Assembly (NCBI RefSeq): GCF_963515975.1
Contig: NZ_CAUPZM010000002.1
Span: forward strand, 40,853-104,852
Length of the DNA stretch: 64,000 nucleotides
Source of the DNA: Campylobacter showae
GTDB taxonomy: Bacteria > Campylobacterota > Campylobacteria > Campylobacterales > Campylobacteraceae
Reading direction: 5' to 3'
Positions 1-8,600 of this stretch are shown in pieces. Both the position numbers and the translations under genes were made by a program. The notes beneath the pieces are model-generated. The model saw only the letters and a list, made by a program, of their open reading frames with translations. It was not told where the DNA came from and did no database searches. Positions within the stretch are counted from its first letter, which is position 1. Every line of letters starts with the position of its first letter.

Positions 1-563
1 CCGTAGTTTATCGCAACAGATCCTAGTCCGCCGCCGCCGACCGCGCCCGCCATCGCCGAAAAGCCGATGATGACGATAAGCGTGAGCGTGATAGAAGCCA
101 CGATGCCGGGCAGTGCCTCTACGAACATTACCTTAAAAATGATCTGAAAATTTGAGCTACCAAAGCTCCTAGCAGCCTCGATGATGCCTTTATCGACCTC
201 TTTTAGTGCGCTCTCTATGAGCCTAGCGATAAACGGCGCCGCGCCGATAGTAAGCGGAACGATAGCCGCGCTAGTGCCGATACTGGTGCCTACGATCAGG
301 CGCGTGAGCGGGAAAAGCACGATGATGAGGATGATAAAAGGAAAGCTTCTTAGCGTATTTACCGTGATATCAAGCGCGATAAATAGCGGCTTGTTTGGCT
401 TTAGGCCGTCTTGCGCCGAAAGAACGAGCAAGATAGCGGGCACTAAGCCTATCAAAAACGCTAAAAGCGTCGAAACAACGCTCATATAAAGCGTCTCGCC
501 GATGGCCGGGAGCAAAATACGCTCGAAAACGTCGGGAAATTTAGAAAAATCTATGCCAAACAT
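1..563 (-). CDS. metI: Methionine ABC transporter permease (partial; 3' end beyond window)
   Basis: ATG (cat 561-563) overlaps the metN stop. Manual translation gives [28 protein letters not shown]...VNTLRSFPFIILII...IGTSAAIVPL...ARLIESALKEVDKGIIEAARSFG (EAA loop). Confidence 0.93.
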   Translation of the reverse strand, partial: MFGIDFSKFPDVFERILLPAIGETLYMSVVSTLLAFLIGLVPAILLVLSAQDGLKPNKPLFIALDITVNTLRSFPFIILIIVLFPLTRLIVGTSIGTSAAIVPLTIGAAPFIARLIESALKEVDKGIIEAARSFGSSNFQIIFKVMFVEALPGIVASITLTLIVIIGFSAMAGAVGGGGLGSVAINY

Positions 564-1519
564 CACGCCACCTCCCATAATACGCCGCTTTGCTTGATGT
601 ACTCGGTCACGCGCGCTTCGTCTTTAGGATCGACGTTTATAACGAGCGAGCCTAGTACGTTTTCGTTTAGCTTCTCAAGCTTGCCCCAGACGATGTTAAA
701 GTCGATATTTAGCGTGCGCGCCATGTGTGTGATGACGCTGTTTTGAGCGACTTCTTTCGGGAAAAAGAGCCTGATATTTACGCCCTCGCTCGGCAAAATT
801 TCATCCTCGCCGAGGAATTCCTTCATCTTTTCGTCGGGTTTTAAAAATAACTCCTCGATCGTGCCGCTGCCGATTATCTTGCCGCTTTCTAGCAGCACTG
901 CGCGGCGCGCGATGCTTTTTACGACTTCCATCTCGTGCGTGACTAAAACGACGCTGATATTTAGCGTTTGATTGATTTGCTTTAAAAGCTCGAGTATCGA
1001 ATTCGTCGTATTTGGATCAAGCGCCGAGGTCGCTTCGTCGGAGAGTAAAATTTTTGGACTTAGCGCAAGGGCACGGGCGATGGCGACGCGCTGCTTTTGT
1101 CCGCCGCTTAGTTCGCCGGGGTAGCTTGCGGCTTTGTTTGCAAGGCCGACTAGCTCTAGCAGCTCGCTCACCCTTTTTTTGATTTCGCTATCTGAGTAAC
1201 CCCAAAATTTAAGCGGAGTAGCGACGTTTTCAAACGCCGTTTTCCTCGCCATCAGCGCAAAGTGCTGAAATATCATCCCCACGTCTCGCCTAAGCTCTCT
1301 TAGCTCTTTATCTTTTAGCGCCGAGATTTCTTTGTCAAATACCTTTAGGCTGCCGCCTTGATAGTCCTCTAGGCCGTTTATGCAGCGAAGTAGGGTGGAT
1401 TTACCTGCGCCGCTGTGGCCTACGATGGCGAAAATTTCGCCTTTTTCTACGGTTAGGCTGACGCCGTCTATGATCTGCGTCGCTCCGTAAAATTTCTTTA
1501 AATTTTCTATTTTTATCAC
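563..1519 (-). CDS. metN: Methionine ABC transporter ATP-binding protein
   Basis: Walker [17 protein letters not shown] signature, [10 protein letters not shown]-terminal NIL-like domain; adjacent to metI; GTG start. Confidence 0.95.
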   Translation of the reverse strand: MIKIENLKKFYGATQIIDGVSLTVEKGEIFAIVGHSGAGKSTLLRCINGLEDYQGGSLKVFDKEISALKDKELRELRRDVGMIFQHFALMARKTAFENVATPLKFWGYSDSEIKKRVSELLELVGLANKAASYPGELSGGQKQRVAIARALALSPKILLSDEATSALDPNTTNSILELLKQINQTLNISVVLVTHEMEVVKSIARRAVLLESGKIIGSGTIEELFLKPDEKMKEFLGEDEILPSEGVNIRLFFPKEVAQNSVITHMARTLNIDFNIVWGKLEKLNENVLGSLVINVDPKDEARVTEYIKQSGVLWEVA

Positions 1520-1562
1520 TCAAATTTCCTCGTTCGTAATTCCGCCGAAGCGCTACTAAAAT

Positions 1563-2549
1563 TTATAAAATTTCGCGCCTTAGCTCATCTGCGCTCTTTG
1601 GCGAAAGAAGCACCGGAGCGATGTCAAACACGCTAAATGCGCCGCGCTCGCCCTTTTGCGCCAAACGATACGCTGCTCGGGCGTAGGCTACGAGTACGCT
1701 TGCGGTAAATTCCGGATTTGAGTCAAGCTTTAGCGAAAACTCGATCAGATGTTTATTTTCTCCGTGCTCGCCAGTCGCTCCGCTTCGCAAAACAAATCCT
1801 CCGTGAGGGATGCCGCCGTGCTCTTTTTTTAGCGTTTCAAGACCCACGAAATGCACGCTCGTGTCATAGTCGGCGAAGTAGTTTGGCATCGTTTTTATCT
1901 CTTTTTCGATGCGCGCTTTATCGGCGCCGTCCTCGACCACGACGTAGCACTCGCGCAGGTGCTTTTCGCGCGTAGTTAAATTTGGATTTTTACCCGCGCG
2001 AACTTGTTCCAAGGCGCTTTCTATTGGTACGGTGTATTGGCGCGCATCCACGACGCCCTCGATTCTGCGGATAGCGTCTGAGTGGCCTTGGCTCACGCCT
2101 TTACCCCAAAACGTATAACTGCTGCCGTTTTCCAGCACGCTCTCGCCAAATAGTCTATTTAGCGAAAACAGTCCCGGATCCCAGCCAACGGCGATGATGC
2201 CTACGTTTCCGCCCGCTTTGGCGGCGGCGTCCACCGCGGCGAAGTGCTCGGGGATTTTTGCGTGCGTGTCAAAGCTATCTACGACGTTAAAATTTAGCGC
2301 AAACTCAGGCGTCTGCGTCGGTAGATCCGTCGCGCTACCGCCGCAAAGCACCAAAACGTCAAATTTGCCCTTGTGCGATAAAATTTCGTCCACGCTAAAC
2401 ACCGGAGCTCCGTATGTTTTTACTTCGTTTGGGTTTCTGCGGCTAAAAACAGCCGAAAGCTGCAAATCCTTGCTATTTCGCGCGGCAAGCTCTACGCCGC
2501 GACCTAAATTTCCATATCCCAAAACCGCTATTTTTATTTTTTCGTTCAT
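1563..2549 (-). CDS. ddh: meso-diaminopimelate D-dehydrogenase
   Basis: GYGNLG Rossmann motif, CGGSATDLP, DSFDTHAKIP, GWDPG, WGKGVSQGHSDA, NPEFTASV. Confidence 0.95.
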   Translation of the reverse strand: MNEKIKIAVLGYGNLGRGVELAARNSKDLQLSAVFSRRNPNEVKTYGAPVFSVDEILSHKGKFDVLVLCGGSATDLPTQTPEFALNFNVVDSFDTHAKIPEHFAAVDAAAKAGGNVGIIAVGWDPGLFSLNRLFGESVLENGSSYTFWGKGVSQGHSDAIRRIEGVVDARQYTVPIESALEQVRAGKNPNLTTREKHLRECYVVVEDGADKARIEKEIKTMPNYFADYDTSVHFVGLETLKKEHGGIPHGGFVLRSGATGEHGENKHLIEFSLKLDSNPEFTASVLVAYARAAYRLAQKGERGAFSVFDIAPVLLSPKSADELRREIL

Positions 2550-2588
2550 TTTTCTGTCCTTTTATTTTTTTTTAAATTTTTGCGCACT

Positions 2589-2633
2589 AAACGGTACGCC
2601 GTAGTTTAAATTTAACCGCTCAAGGTACCGTTT
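2589..2633. repeat. Intergenic inverted repeat with AAATTT in the loop
   Basis: aaacggtac (2589-2597) / gtaccgttt (2625-2633) between valS and ddh. Confidence 0.55.
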
Positions 2634-2669
2634 GGATCTGCCAAGTCCTAACGCAAAAACCAAAAAATA

Positions 2670-5513
2670 TCAATCGACCGCTCCCAAATTCGCTAGCTCG
2701 CTATCTACCTTTTCTAGCTTTTGCGTCGCGCTAGCTAGCCCTTCGCGGTTGGCTTCGACCACGGCTTGCGGGGCTGAGGCTACGAATTTCTCGTTATTTA
2801 GCATGCTTGATAGCTTTGCTATCTCTTTTTCTAGTTTGGTTTTTTGCGACCGCAGTCGCATGATAACAGCACTCATATCCATGCCCTCAAGCGGTACGAA
2901 TACCTCTAAATTTTCGCTCACGTCGCGCGCGGCGTTTTCGATTTTGGCGTCGCAAAACTCGATCTGTTCGCATTTAGCTAGCAGCGAGACGTAGTTTGTC
3001 GCCTCGGTCAAATTTTCGTTTCCGTTTAGCTTGATAAAGGCTTTTGCGATCTTTGAGTTGCCTTGCTCGATGGTCGCCTTTGCGCGGCGGATCGCGACGA
3101 TGGCTTCGATCACCAGCTCAAAGGTCTTTTCTATCTTCAAATCGCGCTCATTTGCCTGCGGATACGCCTCTATCATGATAGAGCTCGCGCTTTCTAAATT
3201 TGAGCCGCTAAGCTCGTGGAAAAGGTATTCTGAGATAAACGGCATAAAAGGACTTAGTAGTCTCATAGCCTCTTTAAATATCGCTCCAAGCTCCCTTACG
3301 CTGCCTTTATCGGCTTTGCTAAGCTCGATGCCCCAGTCGCAAAACTCGTCCCATAAAAATTTATAAATAGCGTTTGCCGCGTCGTTAAAGCGGTAGGCGT
3401 CGATGTTCTCTCGCACTTCGCGCACGCACTCGTTAAAGCGGCTTAGCATGTATTTGCCAAGCTTTGTTTCGATTTTCGCGTCGCTTAAATTTGCAAATTT
3501 AGACTCGTTTAGCAGCAGGTATTTGCTCGCGTTGTAAAGCTTGTTCGTAAAATTTCTCACGAGCTTCATCTTTTCGTCGCTTAGCTTTATGTCGCGTCCC
3601 TGCACGGCAAGCAGTGCAAGCGTAAAGCGCAAGACGTCGGCGCTGTACTCATCGATGCTAACGAGCGGATCGATGACGTTGCCTAGGCTCTTGCTCATCT
3701 TTCTGCCTTGCTCGTCTTTAACCAAAGCGTGCAGGTAGATATCGTCAAACGGCAGCTTGCCTAGCGCGTTTTCGCCCTGAAACATCATCCTAGCCACCCA
3801 GAAAAACAAGATATCAAAGCCGGTGATTAGTAGATTGTTTGGGTAAAATTCGGTCAAATCGCCATCAAACCATTTCTCGTTTTTTAGCTCCTCGCCGTTG
3901 CCCCAGCCAAGCGTGCTAAACGGCCAAAGTCCCGAGCTAAACCAGGTATCAAGGACATCCGGGTCTTGATGGAAATTTACGCTTTTGCATTTTGGGCACT
4001 GCGTCGGTTCGCCTTCGTCCGCCCACTCGTGTCCGCACTTGCCGCAGTAAAATACCGGGATCTGATGTCCCCACCATAGCTGGCGCGAGATACACCAGTC
4101 GCGAAGCTCGCGCATCCAGGCGTTAAAGCTGTTTATCCAGTGAGCCGGGTAAAATTTAGCTAAGCCTTCGCCGACCTTTGCGATCGCGTCGTCCGCGATC
4201 TGTTTTTTGACGAACCACTGCTTTGAGATGTATGGCTCGACGACGTTTTTGCAGCGGTAACAGTAGCCGACTTGATTTTCGTAGTCTTCGATCTTCTCGA
4301 CGTTTCCGAGCTTTTCTAGCTCTGCGACGATGACGTCTCTAGCCTCAAGTCTTTCTAAGCCCTTAAACTGCGCGCACTGCTCGTTTAGGATGCCTTTTTC
4401 GTCAAAAACTGTGATAAACTCTAGATCATGCCTTTTGCCGACCTCGTAGTCGTTAGTGTCGTGCGCCGGGGTGACTTTCACAAGACCTGTTCCAAACTCC
4501 ATATCGACGTGCTCGTCGGCGATGATCTTTATCTCGCGACCGATTATCGGCAGGATTACTTTTTTGCCGATCAAATTTTTATAGCGTTCGTCGTTCGGGT
4601 TTACCATTACCGCGGTATCGCCGAAATATGTTTCAGGCCTTGTCGTTGCTACAACGATATACGGCAAATTCTCGCTTTGATATGCTTTGTTAGAGCGGAT
4701 TTCTCCTCGGTCACGCACGACCAGTGCGCTCCCGTCGTCAAAATCCACTCCGCCTCGCCTCTCTTCGCGATAATTCGCCTCGTCTTTTTGGTTTAAATTT
4801 TGCGCCTCGTTCGTGCCCCTCTTGCAACCCGCAAATTCACCGCACGATACTTCGGCTTGTTTGTTTAAATTTGATGTTAAATTTTGTTCGTCCGCAAGGT
4901 AGTATCTCAAATGATAAAGTTTGCCCTTGTTTTCTTTATGCTCGACCTCGATGTCGCTGAGCGCGCCGTCGTGCGTACACCAGTTTATCATGTAGTTTTC
5001 GCGCACGATGAGGCCTTTTTCGTAGAGATTTACGAAGGCTTTTTTGACCGCTTTTCTTAGCCCTTCATCCATCGTAAATCTTTGGCGCGACCATGCCGGA
5101 GAGATACCTAGTTTTCGCATCTGATGCACGATCATACCGCCGCTTTTTTCTTTCCATTCCCAGACTTTTTCTACAAATTTTTCGCGTCCGAGTTCTTCTT
5201 TTTTGACGCCTTGGGCTAGGAGCTGCTTTTCAACGACATTTTGCGTGGCGATACCGGCATGATCAAGGCCCGGCTGCCACAGCGTTTTGTAGCCGTCCAT
5301 TCTTTTGTAGCGCGTCATTATGTCTTGTAGCGTAAAGGTTAGCGCATGCCCGATGTGAAGCGAGCCCGTTACGTTTGGAGGCGGCATCATGATGCAAAAT
5401 TTACGGCCGTCTTTGCGGATATTTTTGTTCGCGTCTATCTCGAAATATCCGCGTTCTTCCCAAATTTTATAAAATTTATCTTCTATCTCTTTTGCGTCGT
5501 AAAATTCCGCCAT
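2670..5513 (-). CDS. valS: Valine--tRNA ligase, with a ~73-aa in-frame insertion
   Basis: PPPNVTGSLHIGH, ATTRPET, DWCISRQLWWGH, KMSKS, C-terminal coiled coil. Confidence 0.98.
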   Translation of the reverse strand: MAEFYDAKEIEDKFYKIWEERGYFEIDANKNIRKDGRKFCIMMPPPNVTGSLHIGHALTFTLQDIMTRYKRMDGYKTLWQPGLDHAGIATQNVVEKQLLAQGVKKEELGREKFVEKVWEWKEKSGGMIVHQMRKLGISPAWSRQRFTMDEGLRKAVKKAFVNLYEKGLIVRENYMINWCTHDGALSDIEVEHKENKGKLYHLRYYLADEQNLTSNLNKQAEVSCGEFAGCKRGTNEAQNLNQKDEANYREERRGGVDFDDGSALVVRDRGEIRSNKAYQSENLPYIVVATTRPETYFGDTAVMVNPNDERYKNLIGKKVILPIIGREIKIIADEHVDMEFGTGLVKVTPAHDTNDYEVGKRHDLEFITVFDEKGILNEQCAQFKGLERLEARDVIVAELEKLGNVEKIEDYENQVGYCYRCKNVVEPYISKQWFVKKQIADDAIAKVGEGLAKFYPAHWINSFNAWMRELRDWCISRQLWWGHQIPVFYCGKCGHEWADEGEPTQCPKCKSVNFHQDPDVLDTWFSSGLWPFSTLGWGNGEELKNEKWFDGDLTEFYPNNLLITGFDILFFWVARMMFQGENALGKLPFDDIYLHALVKDEQGRKMSKSLGNVIDPLVSIDEYSADVLRFTLALLAVQGRDIKLSDEKMKLVRNFTNKLYNASKYLLLNESKFANLSDAKIETKLGKYMLSRFNECVREVRENIDAYRFNDAANAIYKFLWDEFCDWGIELSKADKGSVRELGAIFKEAMRLLSPFMPFISEYLFHELSGSNLESASSIMIEAYPQANERDLKIEKTFELVIEAIVAIRRAKATIEQGNSKIAKAFIKLNGNENLTEATNYVSLLAKCEQIEFCDAKIENAARDVSENLEVFVPLEGMDMSAVIMRLRSQKTKLEKEIAKLSSMLNNEKFVASAPQAVVEANREGLASATQKLEKVDSELANLGAVD
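4662..4889 (-). repeat. In-frame AAATTT-containing insertion in valS
   Basis: 76 residues between YYLAD and YIVVATTRPET, where orthologues have about 3; the insert starts with tandem AAATTT units (NLTSNL). Confidence 0.75.
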
Positions 5514-5604
5514 ATTTTATCCTTAATAATTGTTTAAAAAATGTCGGATTTTACTACAAATTTGCTAATAGTATGTTTAAAATAGGTTGTTTTTAAGAAT
5601 AGGC

Positions 5605-5636
5605 AAAGAAAGCGAAGCGGCTAAAAACCGCTTCGC
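5605..5636 (-). terminator. Intrinsic terminator after alpha-2-macroglobulin gene
   Basis: gcgaagcgg (5612-5620) / ccgcttcgc (5628-5636) stem followed on the minus strand by TTTCTTT. Confidence 0.75.
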
Positions 5637-5642
5637 AAAGGA

Positions 5643-8600
5643 TTATTTGACGATAAATTCGTGCTGAGCTAGATCGTAGTCGCTCATGCTCTCGTCGTAC
5701 ATGTTTTCCGTGATGACCGCAGGCAGCATGCACTTACCGCTCATGACGACGCGAAGAGGCGTGTAGAGCACGTGCGCATCCTTGCTAGCGTCCAAGCTGT
5801 AAAAGCTCAAAACTCTGTCGTCCTCGATGTTTTGATGCTCGAGAGTTAAAGAGTTTTTCGTAGCTTCAGTTCTTACGTTAGGTACGATATTTTCGTTTAC
5901 CACCTCAAGGCAAGGGCTGATCGTTTCGTTTATCACGCCGTTTCTGATAAACTCATTCGTTTTAAGAGAAAGCTTCGAGTAGATGACGTCGTTTACCTTA
6001 AGCGCGTTGATATCGATCTCTTTGCCGTCTTTGCCGACGAAGGTTCTGTAGATATCAAGCCCTTTTTTGTCAAATTTATGATTTACGTCTAGCTTTTTGT
6101 AGCCTGACGCGCTAACGCCTAGATACACGGCTGCGCCGTTCTCAGGTACGATAGTGATCTCAGGCTTTTTAGGAGCGATGTTGATAGCTCCGCGGCCGTC
6201 GAAATTTAGATCGTGTCCGTCGGCGATAAGCTTAAATTTGTTCTCGCTTGAGACGTCTTTGATATAGGCTCTTAGCGCTCTTAGCGTAAATGCGCGCTCC
6301 TGCGTCGAATGTAGCTTATCGACGCGAGCGATCAGGTAGTCGGCTAGCTCATCGCTAAATGCGTTTTTCTCAAAGTGATTAGCGTGTAAAAGCAGCATAA
6401 AGGCCTTGTTTCTGATCTCTGAACCGAAGTTATCTGCTAGCTCTTTTTCGCGGTTATAGGTCGATTTATTTAGCTCTTTTAGCACTTTTTCGCTCTCTTT
6501 ATTTAATCCCTCGTTTTTGAGGATCGCCGCCATCAAGTAGCCCTCAAGCGCGCTGCCCTGGTATCTCTTTTGATCGTATAGAGCGTTTAGCTTTGATCTA
6601 TCGAGTTTCTTTTGCGTGCTTAGGACGTAGGCTGCGTAAAGAGCTTGGAAGTTGTCGTTGCTACCAAACGCCCTTAACCAGTCGATCGCTTTATTTTTTA
6701 CGTGGCTATCAAGCGCAAAGCCTGATTTTTCAAGCGTAAACAGCATATCGATAGAGTAGATAGAAGCAAAGTTGTTCGTATAGCCTAGCTGATTCCAGTA
6801 GCCGATGCTGCCGTCTGTTTTTTGCATATTGACGACGTCTTGTATGCCCGCTTCGACGAATCTTCTTCTATCGGCTTCTTTTGCTTTAGCTTCTTTAGAA
6901 TCATCTCCGCCAAGCACTAGGAAATTTAGCTCAAAAAGCTTACTTGAGCGCTGTTCGGCGCATCCGTAAGGGTAGTTGACGAGCTTATCGCTATTTGCGC
7001 TTAGTACGCCTTTTATAGAGCTTGAAGCGTCGATTCTGATGCGTTTAAACTCACTGTCAAGCTTAAATGTTTTTTCCACTGTAGCCTGGAAATTTTTAGC
7101 GTAGGTGCTAAGCGGATAGGCGTGGATGACGTCAAGCTTTTGCGAGTAGGTATAGCCGTTTTTACCGTCGTTTGCGGTGAAATTTATATATGATTTGCCA
7201 GTAGCGTTAGCGTCGATCGTGAAATTTAACTTCGCGTTTTCGTTAGGTTTTAGCTCGATACTATCGACGGCTAGCTGCGCGTTTAGGTTCGTATCTATAC
7301 TTAGAGCGACGGTTTTTGGCTCTTTAGTCGTATTTATCACTCTTAGTGTGTAGTTTACCTGGTCGCCCTGGATCAAATACGCCGTTTGCGTCGGTTTTAG
7401 GATGATATCGTCTTTTACCTTGACGGCATTTACGCTAAAGCCTAGTTTATCGCCGATGACGCTAAGCGCGGCCAAATTTATCTCGGAGTTAAAGTCGCTC
7501 GGAACCTCTACGTCAAAGTTTGCTACGCCGTCCGTGCCCGCTTTTGCGGTTTGCATTTTGATGTATGTTTTGACGTTTTTCTTATCGACGGGGCTAGCAA
7601 ATTTTGCCATTCTCATCTCCATGAGAGCAGCCGCCGCGTCGCCGCCGAAGCTTAGTACTTTGCCGTCTTTTTTAAATCCGCTCAAATTTGAGTAGATGTC
7701 GTAGTCAAGCACGCCGTCGTTTAAAATTTTGTCAAAGAAGTCAAGAGGGCTTTTTAGCTTTTGATTTGTTATCTGAAGCACGCCTTCATCGACCGCAAAT
7801 AGCGTAACTTCCGCATTTGGCTCGGTTTTTACGCTAGTTTTAAATTTGGAGTTTGACTTCACGACTTTGGGCGCTTCGATGCTGACGTTTGTCGCTCGGT
7901 ATGATTTATCCGCTTTTGCATAGACTTTATCGTAGGTTCTAAACGGCATAGTGTCGTTATCGGCTACGCGCATGATAGATGCCGTGACGTAAAGTCCCTC
8001 AAAGTCGAAATCAAGGTCAAATTTAGCGTTTGCGACGTTGTTTTGGATGTTTACGACTTTATACTTTTTGACGTTTTCGGACTCTACCGTGATGATACCG
8101 ATACCGCTTTTTAGCACGGAGCTAACGTCTACGTTTAGCGAGTCGCCTTTTTTATAGACTTTTTGGTTTAGCTTGATTTTGGCTTTAGCTAGCTCTTTTG
8201 TCGGTTGCAAAGTGCCGCCGTAGTCCCAGCCGCTAACATAGATATCTAAATTTGACGAGTGGCCGCTTAGGATATCGGAAACTACGACTACGTAGTCGCC
8301 GCTTTGTTTGAAGTCATAAACGAACTCGCTACCGCTAAGAGTATCGCTAAATACTTTCTCGTAGCGTTTGCTCCATTTTAGATAGCCTTCTTTGTTATAG
8401 TTGTAGTCCCAAATGGCTTTTTTGATCTCTACGGCTTTTTGTCTATCTTTTAGCTCCTCGTCCTTGAGCGGATCGACGCTGACGAAATTTAGCGTTAGTT
8501 TGGAGTTTGCGTCGATGTAGGTGTCGTTTGCTCTGACGCCGACCATCACGTCAAAAGGATATACGCTAAAGTCGTTGCTAGCGCTCACGTTTTTGCCGTC

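Noticed and set aside
181..489. 102-aa plus-strand ORF and the many similar shadow ORFs (e.g. 29572-30222, 45585-46169, 57978-58676)
   Set aside because: They lie antisense to, or in alternative frames of, well-supported genes and show no motifs.
4662..4889. Intein or intron as the explanation for the valS insertion
   Set aside because: No N-terminal Cys/Ser, no C-terminal His-Asn, too short, and no recognisable intron features.
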